From NCBI GenBank assembly GCA_016906335.1, contig JADEYG010000003.1, positions 1,240,001 to 1,304,000 on the forward strand: 64,000 nucleotides of DNA. The letters run 5' to 3'. The position numbers were made by a program, and so were the translations under genes. This document shows, piece by piece, positions 13,855-23,986 of the stretch (its first letter is position 1; every line of letters starts with the position of its first letter). The DNA comes from Novakomyces olei. Lineage: Eukaryota. Below the pieces are notes generated by a model that saw only the letters and a program-made list of their open reading frames with translations, had not been told where the DNA came from and searched no databases.

Positions 13855-14100
13855 TCTCTCACAAAGTCATTTCCAGCCAAAACGTAATTTCAAATACAGA
13901 GCCTTTGAGAGCACTCGAGCTGAAAACTAGACTGAATCAATAGAGACTGTATCGATAAAAACAAATTCAAAACCGCTCTCAGTCGCGGTCAGTTCGACTG
14001 GTAATCCCAGTAATTGATGGCTCAGAGTATTACAACCGACCGCCTTACACTACCACAAGGATTAATATGTGTGCCATAGCTTGATTATATTTGTTCTTTA

Positions 14101-14132
14101 TATTTATTTATTTATTTATTTGTTCTTTATAT

Positions 14133-14191
<59 letters not shown>

Positions 14192-14192
14192 T
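14101..14192. repeat. (TTTA)n microsatellite
   Basis: Read directly; interrupted once. Confidence 0.92.
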
Positions 14193-14617
14193 TCAATATT
14201 TTTGAATTATTTCGATTTTGACGACAATTTCAAAGTGGCCAGCGTTATTCTGTATCTAGAAGATACGGAAGACGAGCAAGATGGTATAGGCATCGCACTC
14301 TCACCAGAGGATTGCACTAAAGCGACGAAGATGAGTGACTGTTCGCTGAACAAAGACATTGACGAGTAGTCTAATCGGATGGGCGACTCGGATATTGGAA
14401 AGTGAATACAGTGATCCAGAAGGTCTGTCTGATCTCAAAAGTGTCTGATCTCGAATGTCTGTCGGATCCAAAGTCTGGCGTAGATCAAGTCTGGAGTAGA
14501 TTAAGTCTACGATTAAAGAAAGTCGGGTGGCAATTGGTGTTATTAGTAAACTGGCTCTACCGTAAACTTGGCAGTGTAATGTAGTGTAAAGTAGTGTAAT
14601 GCCCACACGAGTGCGTG

Positions 14618-17041
14618 TCAGTAATCGTCCTGGTCTGTATCGCTGTAATCGTAAACCCTATCCTCCTCATCATCATCGTCCTCATCGCCTGTGCCAGCAT
14701 CCATCGTGCCCTGCTCACTGGCGAGAGCTTGTTTCTCCTCCCTGGCGACCTTCATGTACTCTGAACTGCCTGCTTCATCGTCCATAACTCGTACATCTCT
14801 GCCAGCGGCCGCTGAGGCAGCGGCCGCTGTAGCACCAGCGCCACTGGATCCACGTGGCCTTAGCCCAGTACGGGCTCGCTCAATAACCCGCTCAATCCTC
14901 ATACGGTGCCGGATCATCAGCAGCCGAGGAAAGGCGGCTCTTTGGCCCTGCAGGATCATTCGGCTCAGCCTGTCACGTGTTGGGTCTGTCAGAATGTACC
15001 AGAAATCGCTCACTCGTGTCCTCGGCCATATAGTGACACTGCCCTCAAATCTCTGCAAGAAAACCCTGGACCAGTCCTGACCCATCGGCCGGGGCACGAG
15101 TTCCAGGTCACGCAGGACCCTCAGCCATTTGACCATATCGTGCTTCATTGACTGCTCCATAGCGGAGGCCAGGAACCCGCCTCGCCAGCCACGGCCGCTG
15201 CGGTGAGAGACGGGCCGGCCCACTGTGCCACGAGGGGAAAAGAAAAAGATCTGGACGTGTGGGTTTGTCTGTGAGACAATCGTGAACTTTACATTATAAA
15301 AGGCATTCAGATCCTGCAGGGGAACATCCGTACGCAGTGACCCGTCCTTCCAGCGATTGCCAAAGTTGTAGGGCAGTAACTGCCCTGAGGCTAACCTGTT
15401 CATCAGCGGAACTGGGTTCAGTATTCCGGGGACAGCGGCGCTGGCAATTAGAGCGGACCAGATAACCGTGTCTGGTGCAGTTAGGTAGTTTAGCAGTTTA
15501 GGAGGCGAGTGCGTGTCGCTCGGAATAACGCTGATGTTTAGCACACGCCCAGTTTTCTCATAAGCCTCTTTGAACGTCATACTGCCTTTTGTAAACCACA
15601 TACACCTCTGAGCCCAGTCAACAGCATCGAATCTGGCTCCCGTCCTGTACCAACGACGGAGCCATTCAGCAGTTGTCTCATGGCAGGCTGTCAGCTTCTG
15701 GCACAGCTCTGGAACCAGCAAGGCAGCCAACTCCTCATTGGTTCTCGTGCACACAAGCGCAGCCACTAGGCCTCCTCCACTCGTACCGCTCAGCACATTC
15801 GGCAGCAGCCCTTGGTCAAGCAGTGCCCGTACTACGCCGAAATGGTAGTATGCAAAAGTAGCGCCCCCCGACAGACAGAGGGCGGTTCGGCCATAGTTTT
15901 TGCCCACGTATCGGAAGAAGGCTACTTTATCTGCCTGTGGGACAGCTTCACTCTCAAGGACAGCGGTTAAACTGCTCTCCACTTGGCACACGTAATCGTC
16001 CACCAGCAGCTTTGTCCCATAATACGTTTCAGAGTAAAGCCTCGGGTTTTCTATACCCCCAAAATTGCACTTGACGCAGTCCTCCAGTGCTGTTTTTAGC
16101 TCTTGTATCTTACCCTCCGCCCTCAGTGTTGCCAGCCGACGAGTAACGTTTTTTATCAGACGATGGTCGTAGTAGTCGAATCTGGGCTCTTTGCGCCAGT
16201 CCTCGTGCTTCAAGTACCGATCCAAAGCTTTCGCCGCATCGACCCATTCGTCATACGTTTTGGCCATTCGTACATTCTGTCGCAGCTGGGCACGTTTGCC
16301 TCTCCTGCGCGGTAAGCATATGACTACAAATAAACTATCGAATAGCGATTTAAAAATTTATTTGTAATCTTCATAATTGCTGTTGGTTATTACCATAAAA
16401 ACGCCCACTCGTAGCTCCACACGTACACACGCAGCACCGTGTACCATAATCTAAAATGTGAGAAGGACGCGAGCACACAGGATTCATACGCAAGCCATAA
16501 TATGTACAAGATCACCATTACAAAGAATGGCCACCGAAAAATAGAGTATGTATACCCCTCCCTGTATAATTAGCAATCACAAAAGACGAGCCAATAAAAA
16601 CGACGGCGTTAGACTTTTATGCAAAGCATTGAAGGCACTGAACGAGCACGTAAAGCAGAGCTATCGGTCCGCATACGCTCATTATGGGACAAAGTCAAAT
16701 TTATTAAACAGATTTAATTTGTCCACAAAGACAGTGGCGAGGCGGATAAATGAGCAAAATAGCAATCAAACCTACCGTGTCTCATCCTTACCGCGCCGCC
16801 TTTTTGGACCGCGTAAAGGAGTATCTGCTGACGCCCGCCGGCCGCTGCTGTGCACAGGTTTCCAGTCATGCTGAGCCGTAATAAACTCGACATCTTCACC
16901 TTCTTTCTTCAAAAGAGCCTTTGCGTACTGTGCCAAATCTGTGCGTGTCAGAGTCAGTGTAACGCCCAAAGCATAGCAGTTTGCCTTACCATTGGCGTTT
17001 ATATAGTCCGTCTTCCATTCGCTCTCTGCTATACCAACCAT
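14618..17041 (-). CDS. Patatin-like triacylglycerol lipase (TGL/PLPL family); multi-exon 5' part
   Basis: GRTALCLSGG, GTSGG nucleophile, WKDGS and SQTNPH motifs. The 5' exons give FITAQHDWKPVH and KDETR-EG..YSIFRWP. Confidence 0.9.
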
Positions 17042-17417
17042 GTCTCCTTTCCTCCTTTAAACTATCATCGCTGCCCGTCTCGCTCGAACCAACTGGTCTA
17101 TAGCAAACACTAAACCCGCAATTTACAGCGCCAATCGTCGAAATTGCGCAGGTGTGTTTGGAAAGGTGAGAACCGGACTGTATCTCAGTTTGTGTTTTAG
17201 TGGACGGCAAATATGGTTTTTGTTGTGGCGGTAATTGATACTGAATGGCCGACGAGTGAATACCGACGATTGACAAGGGTTAAGGAGAGAAAGTGTGAGA
17301 GACAATTATAATATGAGCGAGCAGAGTATATTGTCGTCTATAACGAGCGATTTCTCCATATTATACGCATTGTATTCGTCTTCATAATATACTCCACAGA
17401 AAAATAACACTAATTGT

Positions 17418-17537
17418 ACAATAATTACAATAATTACAATAATCACAATAATTACAATAATTACAATAATTACAATAATTACAATAATTACAATAATTAC
17501 AATAATTACAATAATTACAATAATTACAATAATTACA
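17418..17537. repeat. 9-bp tandem array (ACAATAATT)n, about 13 copies; reverse complement of the 10021 array unit
   Basis: Read directly; lies in the divergent promoter between the lipase gene and yta7. Confidence 0.95.
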
Positions 17538-17722
17538 GTACAATACACGGCTCTTTTTATTTTTTTTAATGCGATTCTTACTCGATATTATTGTTTACAT
17601 ATATTTCTGCAAATACAATTCGTATTGACGCGCACGAGCCAGGCAGATAGGTCGATGGGCAGTCGTGCCACGTTGGCCGTTTGCACGATACACTGCGCTT
17701 AGAGCTGTAGTATAATTTACAC

Positions 17723-20700
17723 ATGGTAGCGCGGCCTATGAGGCGCGCAGCCAAGCGGCGGCGGATCGGTACACGGCGCCGATCGAAAGCGCCAGTGAAT
17801 TACGCGGAAAGCGAGAACGAAGGCTTTACTGACGACAATGAAGAAGAAGAAGAAGAAGACGAGGATAGTCACGGGGAAAGCTATGACAAAGACACTATCT
17901 ATGAGAACCTGAACGGCGACGGTAGTTTTCCCGAGACAGATGAAGAGATCGAGCCTGAAGAAAAGCCAAGGAAAGAAACACGCGGTGATCGCCTGGTGAT
18001 TAGGCTCAAGATCCCAAACAGCTCTCGGCTCTCTTCTTCGTCGCTTAATGAAGAGTCAAAAGAAAAGGACGAAGGAGAGGAGCGAGAAGGAGAGGGAGAG
18101 GAGGATAGGGAAGAGGGTGGGGACGAAGGCCCTGTTATTCAAGAGTCATCTCCACCTTCCGCCTCAAAAAGACCACGTAAACGTTCGGCTAATAGCGATG
18201 GTGATTTCAGTGCTCAGCGGGGTCGTTTGAGAAAACGGAACTTTGTCGCCTCATCGCCTGTCAGTGACGAGAGTGAAGAGGACAGTAGTATTAAACAGTC
18301 CCGAGGAAGGCGTAATGGTCGAGTGGCCAGAACGAGTATAAATAAGCAGGATGGAGACGAGGACGAGAAGGAAGAGGAAGAGGAAGAGGAAGAGGAAGAT
18401 GTCGTGCAAGATAACGATCAAGCAGAGGAGGAACCGGCCAATAACGGTGACGATTTGGGTGTGAAGGGTGCAGGCAAAAGACATAAATCTCGTAACTTGG
18501 AAGCTTCAGATTATGAAGACGAGGAAGAGGAGCAAGAAGATGAAGAAGATGAAGAACCGGACCAGGACAATAACGGGGACGAAGATTACTCCGGAGGCCG
18601 ACAGAAAAACAAGCTTGGCTCACGGTCAAGGAGAAAAGGCAAATCAGACGATGAAGAAGAGTATCATGAAGAAGAATCGGAAGAGCCTTCCGAGTCTGAA
18701 GAGTCTTCCGAGGACAGTGAGGCCGTTACTGAGGACTCTGATATTGTTATTCGTCGACGCCCAATCTCCTCACGGTACGCACGTCGTAACCGTCGCCGGC
18801 CAGACTCTGACTCGGATTCGAACCAGAGACGAAGACTGCGTGAACGGACAAACCAACCCAACTATACGATCCCACCTCCTCTTCCCATCCCGTACAGTGC
18901 TGCATCGCCGACAGGCAAAGGCAAAGTCGTTGCTCCCAGTCTACGCAGCAGCACGTTCAACCCTTTTGAAGGTCTTTTTGCCGGCAGTAGTTTAAAACAG
19001 CAAAACAGTCGGTCGGGCTTGGTTTCAGGCTCAGGCTTTGATCCAGCACAAGATTCCGATTCAAGCTCTGACGATTTGAATGGCAACGATACAGCTCTCG
19101 TCTCTGGAGGCGGTGGAGGAGCCGGTGCCCGGTCCGCTGCGGGCAGCAGTGCACCCGGCCAGGGCACAAATTTAAGAAACCAGTTTGGTGCTCTTAAAGG
19201 CAAAAACGAGATGGCCGATTCAGATCCTATCGGTGTTCCTCAGGATATAACCTTTGACGCTATTGGTGGTCTGGATGGCCATGTACAGCAGCTAAAGGAG
19301 ATGGTATCATTGCCTCTGTTGTATCCAGAGATCTTTGAGCGGTTTAATATTGTCCCACCGAGGGGAGTCTTGTTCCATGGTCCGCCGGGGACGGGAAAAA
19401 CCCTGATGGCCAGAGCTCTAGCGGCCACGTGTTCGACAGAGACGCAGAAAATAACGTTTTATATGAGAAAAGGAGCTGATTGCCTGAGCAAATGGGTCGG
19501 AGAGGCGGAACGGCAGTTGCGGCTTTTGTTTGAGGAAGCACGAAATACACAGCCGAGTATAATTTTCTTTGATGAGATTGATGGATTAGCGCCCGTGCGA
19601 TCGAGCAAACAGGATCAAATCCATTCGTCTATTGTATCAACGCTTCTCGCCCTGATTGATGGCATGGACGGCCGTGGCCAGGTTATTGTTATCGGGGCCA
19701 CTAATAGGCCAGACGCAGTTGATCCGGCTCTTCGCCGGCCGGGGCGGTTTGACAGAGAGTTTTATTTCCCTTTGCCGAACGCTGAAGCACGACTGCAGAT
19801 CCTCAAGATCCATACAAAGTCGTGGGCTCCGCCTCTGACGCAAGAATTTCTACAGGAATTGGCGGCTCAGACTAAAGGCTACGGAGGTGCAGACTTGCGT
19901 GCGTTGTGTACAGAAGCAGCTTTAAATGCAGTTCAGCGTAATTACCCACAGATCTATACGAATCCTGCTCGGCTGCAGATTGATCCTCAGAGTATTGTAG
20001 TCCGGTCTAAAGATTTTGCAATGGCCATGTCTAAAATTGTGCCCTCTTCTCAGCGCTCAACGGCCGATGATGCCTCGCCACTGCTTGAGCATGTTCGGCC
20101 TCTGTTACAGGAACAGTTGGACTCTGCTATTTCCCGATTCAATGCTCTTTTCCCCCTGGAAAAGCCCCGTACTGCTTTGCAGGAGGCTGTTTACGACGAT
20201 GAAGTCTTTAGCAGCAATGATAATTATAGTACTTCACTGAGCAATGAGAACGTTTTACGCACAATTGCGTCCTTCCAGTCATTCCGGCCTCGATTGCTGT
20301 TGTATGGTGACGAAGGCTGCGGCCATACATACCTGTTTTCTGCCTTTATGCACTCGCTGGAAAAAGTGCATACTCAGTCCTTTGATCTTGCGGCTTTGCT
20401 AACAGACGCAAGTCGGTCCCCCGAGGCTGCTGTTATTCAGTGCTTTGTCGAGGCCAAAAGGCACCGGCCGAGTGTCATCTACATCTCTGATGTTGTAGGG
20501 TGGTACTCGTGGGTTCCAGAGACAGCCAGGGCTACTTTTCTATCCATGCTTGACTCTTTAAAGCCAACAGAGCAGATAATGCTGGTCGCCATGGCCCGGT
20601 GCCCTCTGGACCAAGTGCCGCCAGAGTGTCTTGCCCTGTTTCGTGGGCCTGGGTCTGCAAGCTCAGGGGCAGCAAGTTTCTTTGAAATACAGCCGGCTAG

Positions 20701-21991
20701 TACCCAAGCAAAAGGCCAGTTTCTGGACGCGCTACTGCGCTACGTCAACCTGTCTCCCATCGAGCTGAGAGCCGACGCTTACCGACCGAGACGGGACATT
20801 AAGCAACTGCCTTTAGCGCCTATCAGAGCCGTCGACCCCGGTATAAACAGGGCAGAATTAAAACTGCTCGAGTCCAAGGACAGACGGCTGAAGAACCAGC
20901 TCAAAGTTCGGCTGAGTGCGCTGCTGGAGATGCTGAAAACGCGGTACAAACGGTTCAGAAAGCCCGTAATTGACGAGCAGTTGATCTCTCATTTGCTGAA
21001 CGAGGGCTACCCGCCTTGGCCTGGCGGAGAGCATTTTGCAAAAGGCAGTGATGGCATGATTGTGGACACAACACGTAACTGTGCGTACTACAATATCGGC
21101 CTGGACCTGGTGGAGGAAAGGCTATGGGCTGGAGGGTACTTGGTACCTAACCAGTTTCTGTTGGATATAAGGAAAATACTAAAAGACGCACAAACCCTGC
21201 GTGACCGTGAGCGTATTGTTAAAGCCGAGGAGATGTACACAAACTGCCAAGTTGGCTTGGAGGATTTGAATGAGCCCAGTTTCCTTTCAGAGTGCCAAAA
21301 AATGGCAGAGCGTGAATGGCGAAGGCACGAGGAGCGCTGTGAACAGCGCAAAAAGTCGGAAAAAGAGCGGCAGTCTGGGAATAATGAGAGCAATACTAAT
21401 CCTAGCCCAAATTCTAACAATACTGCAGATATTCTAGTGGCTCAAGATGTGCCGGCAGACAAGGACGCGTTTGATTTGATGCCTGAACAGACGCAGGAAT
21501 CTGTACAGATTCTTACGCAAGCGACTGACAAGGAAGCCGGCAATTCTAACGGCACAGGGCAACTGCATTCTGTGCCCGAGTCTACGCAGGACAGTATCGA
21601 AAACTGGCACTCAAACGGAACAGATCATCAGGGTCAGCAGCATTTGCCTGCCGGCAAACTTGGCGGCCCAGATGCGAGTCGGCCAGACGTCGAGATGGCA
21701 ACCGCAGGTGAGGATAGTAGAGCAGAAACGTTGGCAGATTCAGGCGTCAAAGTGCCCCCACATCCACCCTACGTCGCCGTGGACGCAGAGACAATTGCTC
21801 AGTTCCGGCAAAAGTTCCACCATCTCGCACTGTCTGCGTCGGTTGAGCAGTTGGAGAAAGTCTGTCTGCTCTTTATGAGAGCCATTGCATCTCACCGGGA
21901 AGAGTGGGACCGTAACCGTGTAATGGCGCTCGTTACAGAGAGTATAGAGGCGGAATTACACGGTCACGAGGATCGGGCGCTGGAAGCGTAG
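17723..21991 (+). CDS. yta7: Yta7/Abo1/ATAD2-family AAA+ ATPase histone chaperone
   Basis: Long acidic N-terminus, GPPGTGKT, FYMRKGADCLSKWVGEAERQLRLLF, FFDEIDG, a degenerate second AAA domain and a non-canonical bromodomain region. Confidence 0.94.
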   Translation: MVARPMRRAAKRRRIGTRRRSKAPVNYAESENEGFTDDNEEEEEEDEDSHGESYDKDTIYENLNGDGSFPETDEEIEPEEKPRKETRGDRLVIRLKIPNSSRLSSSSLNEESKEKDEGEEREGEGEEDREEGGDEGPVIQESSPPSASKRPRKRSANSDGDFSAQRGRLRKRNFVASSPVSDESEEDSSIKQSRGRRNGRVARTSINKQDGDEDEKEEEEEEEEEDVVQDNDQAEEEPANNGDDLGVKGAGKRHKSRNLEASDYEDEEEEQEDEEDEEPDQDNNGDEDYSGGRQKNKLGSRSRRKGKSDDEEEYHEEESEEPSESEESSEDSEAVTEDSDIVIRRRPISSRYARRNRRRPDSDSDSNQRRRLRERTNQPNYTIPPPLPIPYSAASPTGKGKVVAPSLRSSTFNPFEGLFAGSSLKQQNSRSGLVSGSGFDPAQDSDSSSDDLNGNDTALVSGGGGGAGARSAAGSSAPGQGTNLRNQFGALKGKNEMADSDPIGVPQDITFDAIGGLDGHVQQLKEMVSLPLLYPEIFERFNIVPPRGVLFHGPPGTGKTLMARALAATCSTETQKITFYMRKGADCLSKWVGEAERQLRLLFEEARNTQPSIIFFDEIDGLAPVRSSKQDQIHSSIVSTLLALIDGMDGRGQVIVIGATNRPDAVDPALRRPGRFDREFYFPLPNAEARLQILKIHTKSWAPPLTQEFLQELAAQTKGYGGADLRALCTEAALNAVQRNYPQIYTNPARLQIDPQSIVVRSKDFAMAMSKIVPSSQRSTADDASPLLEHVRPLLQEQLDSAISRFNALFPLEKPRTALQEAVYDDEVFSSNDNYSTSLSNENVLRTIASFQSFRPRLLLYGDEGCGHTYLFSAFMHSLEKVHTQSFDLAALLTDASRSPEAAVIQCFVEAKRHRPSVIYISDVVGWYSWVPETARATFLSMLDSLKPTEQIMLVAMARCPLDQVPPECLALFRGPGSASSGAASFFEIQPASTQAKGQFLDALLRYVNLSPIELRADAYRPRRDIKQLPLAPIRAVDPGINRAELKLLESKDRRLKNQLKVRLSALLEMLKTRYKRFRKPVIDEQLISHLLNEGYPPWPGGEHFAKGSDGMIVDTTRNCAYYNIGLDLVEERLWAGGYLVPNQFLLDIRKILKDAQTLRDRERIVKAEEMYTNCQVGLEDLNEPSFLSECQKMAEREWRRHEERCEQRKKSEKERQSGNNESNTNPSPNSNNTADILVAQDVPADKDAFDLMPEQTQESVQILTQATDKEAGNSNGTGQLHSVPESTQDSIENWHSNGTDHQGQQHLPAGKLGGPDASRPDVEMATAGEDSRAETLADSGVKVPPHPPYVAVDAETIAQFRQKFHHLALSASVEQLEKVCLLFMRAIASHREEWDRNRVMALVTESIEAELHGHEDRALEA

Positions 21992-22439
21992 TTTATAGTG
22001 TTTTACATGTAGCTTTGTCCAATTTGATACGGTTCGGGTTGGCCAATTATTCCTGCAAGTAGGATATGTAAATTAGCAAAGCACAAAAGAATAAGGCTCT
22101 AGTTATTCTTCAATCACACTGTGGAGTGTGCTACACTGTCGTCAAGCATCATTGCTACAAAGCATTGCTACAAATATGTTTAATTCATAATCGCAAGTTC
22201 AAATTGACTGTTTGTACTCGTAGACTCGAGCACCAATAAAGTATATAGCCTACAGCCGCGCGCACTTTTCTACAATAGTACACTAGTGCCAAACCTACAA
22301 TCATACCCGCACAATAAGCCGGCACCGTCAATGTTAGATTGTAGAGATAAAGCGAATTTGTTCCAAGTACGGCCGACGACAGTTTTTACTTGCTTCCTAA
22401 CTCCCTGCCGTACGTTACGCTTAGTATTTTCATTTATAT

Positions 22440-22660
22440 TCTGTACATTGTACGTACTTGCACTTTGTACTTGTTACTTTTAGCGCTATACTTTGTACTC
22501 ATACTCTGTACTTTATACTTTGTACTTTGTACTCCGTACTGTATTCTTCGTACTCTCTACTTGTACTCTCTACTTGTACTCTCTACTTGTACTCTCTACT
22601 TGTACTCTCTACTTTAACTTTATACGTTGCGCCCTCACTAAACACTTGTACTTGTACTCC
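22440..22660. repeat. TTGTAC-rich degenerate repeat containing about 5 copies of the 13-mer TACTCTCTACTTG (22551-22614)
   Basis: Read directly; upstream of the Tra2-like gene. Confidence 0.88.
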
Positions 22661-22753
22661 ACTGTAGTCACTAGAGACTAGAGTTACTTGTAAATATCGC
22701 GGGCAGAGTTAAACGTCTGCTACAAGCGCAAGCGCAACCAGCTACCTGATCCA

Positions 22754-23776
22754 ATGGCAGAAGTATCCGGCTGGGAAAGTCCTCCGAGACCTGAGAGGTC
22801 TCCGTCGCCCTCACGTATCCGCGATCAGCGGTCAGTATCGCCCCGCCGTGATGAAATAGACGAGCCTCGAGAGCCTCGAGGCGAGCCAAGAGGCGAGCCA
22901 AGAGACTCGCCTCCTGCGGAAGAAGAGCCTCGCAATTCTGGAACAAACATTTTCGTGTCCGGACTCGCTACGCGCCTGAGCGAGTCTGACTTGGAGGCTC
23001 TTTTCGCGGAACACGGTGCTGTGAACAAAGTGCAGATAATGCGTGATCCGCACTCTCGCGAGTCTCGTGGGTTCGGGTTTGTAGAAATGCAGCAAATAGC
23101 GGATGCGAATGCCGCTATTCAGGCTCTCGACAACCGAGACGAACAGGGCCGTACTCTGCACGTTGAACTTGCACGGCGCAGTCGGCCACGTACACCGACG
23201 CCGGGAAAGTACTTTGGCCCATCGAGACGCGGAGGCGATCGCGATCGCGATCGCGATCGCAGTGGCAGAGACGGCCGTCGGTTTGGGCGTAGTGACAGAG
23301 GCTTTAGCGATAGAGACAGAGAAAGAGACAGAGGTTATAGTGACAGAGGCGACAGAGGTTATAGTGACAGAGAAAGAGACAGAGACCGTAGTGGGAACGG
23401 CGAGTCGGGGTACCGATCCAGACCTGAAGGCGGTCGGGATTCTGGCAGAGAGTCTTTTCGGGAGAGCCGAGGCAGCTTTTCTCGCGGAGAGCGTCGACCG
23501 CCACGCAGAGAAGCTTTTGATCGTGGCGATCGCAGCTTTGGCGATCGGAACTTTGGCGATCGCAGAGACCGCGACCGTAGAGACAGAGACAGAGGCGATA
23601 GAGACAGAGGCGATAGAGACAGAGGCGATAGAGACAGAGGCGATAGAGACAGAGGCGACCGTGATCAGGGCGGGTACGCTCGTGGCCGTCGTGAAGACTA
23701 TTCCTCTCGTGAAAATGGCAATGGGTTTGGTGCCGAACCGCCGACTGGCCCTCGTGAGAGTACGGGCGGATGGTGA
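22754..23776 (+). CDS. Tra2-like RRM protein with an RD/RS-rich tail
   Basis: RNP2 IFVSGL, RNP1 RGFGFVEM, the post-RRM RTPTPGKYFG motif typical of Tra2, and DRGDR repeats encoded by a 15-bp tandem repeat. Confidence 0.85.
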   Translation: MAEVSGWESPPRPERSPSPSRIRDQRSVSPRRDEIDEPREPRGEPRGEPRDSPPAEEEPRNSGTNIFVSGLATRLSESDLEALFAEHGAVNKVQIMRDPHSRESRGFGFVEMQQIADANAAIQALDNRDEQGRTLHVELARRSRPRTPTPGKYFGPSRRGGDRDRDRDRSGRDGRRFGRSDRGFSDRDRERDRGYSDRGDRGYSDRERDRDRSGNGESGYRSRPEGGRDSGRESFRESRGSFSRGERRPPRREAFDRGDRSFGDRNFGDRRDRDRRDRDRGDRDRGDRDRGDRDRGDRDRGDRDQGGYARGRREDYSSRENGNGFGAEPPTGPRESTGGW

Positions 23777-23830
23777 TTTGGAGTAGTCTTACGGGGCAGC
23801 AATTGCAGGAGAATTTAATGCTCACATTTC

Positions 23831-23986
23831 GCTCAAAGGCTCAAAGGCTCAAAGGCTCAAAGGCTCAAAGGCTCAAAGGCTCAAAGGCTCAAAGGCTCAA
23901 AGGCTCAAAGGCTCAAAGGCTCAAAGGCTCAAAGGCTCAAAGGCTCAAAGGCTCAAAGGCTCAAAGGCTCAAAGGCTCAAAGGCTC
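23831..23986. repeat. Perfect 8-bp array (GCTCAAAG)n, about 19 copies
   Basis: Read directly; starts 55 bp after the Tra2-like stop codon. Confidence 0.97.

Noticed and set aside
23103..23825. Long alternative-frame and antisense ORFs over the Tra2-like gene (also over nop56, yta7 and sad1)
   Set aside because: They are by-products of low-complexity, repeat-coded regions that lack stops in other frames.
23831..23986. CRISPR-like or telomeric reading of the tandem arrays
   Set aside because: There are no unique spacers and no cas genes, the locus is eukaryotic, and the arrays are internal and not TTAGGG-like.
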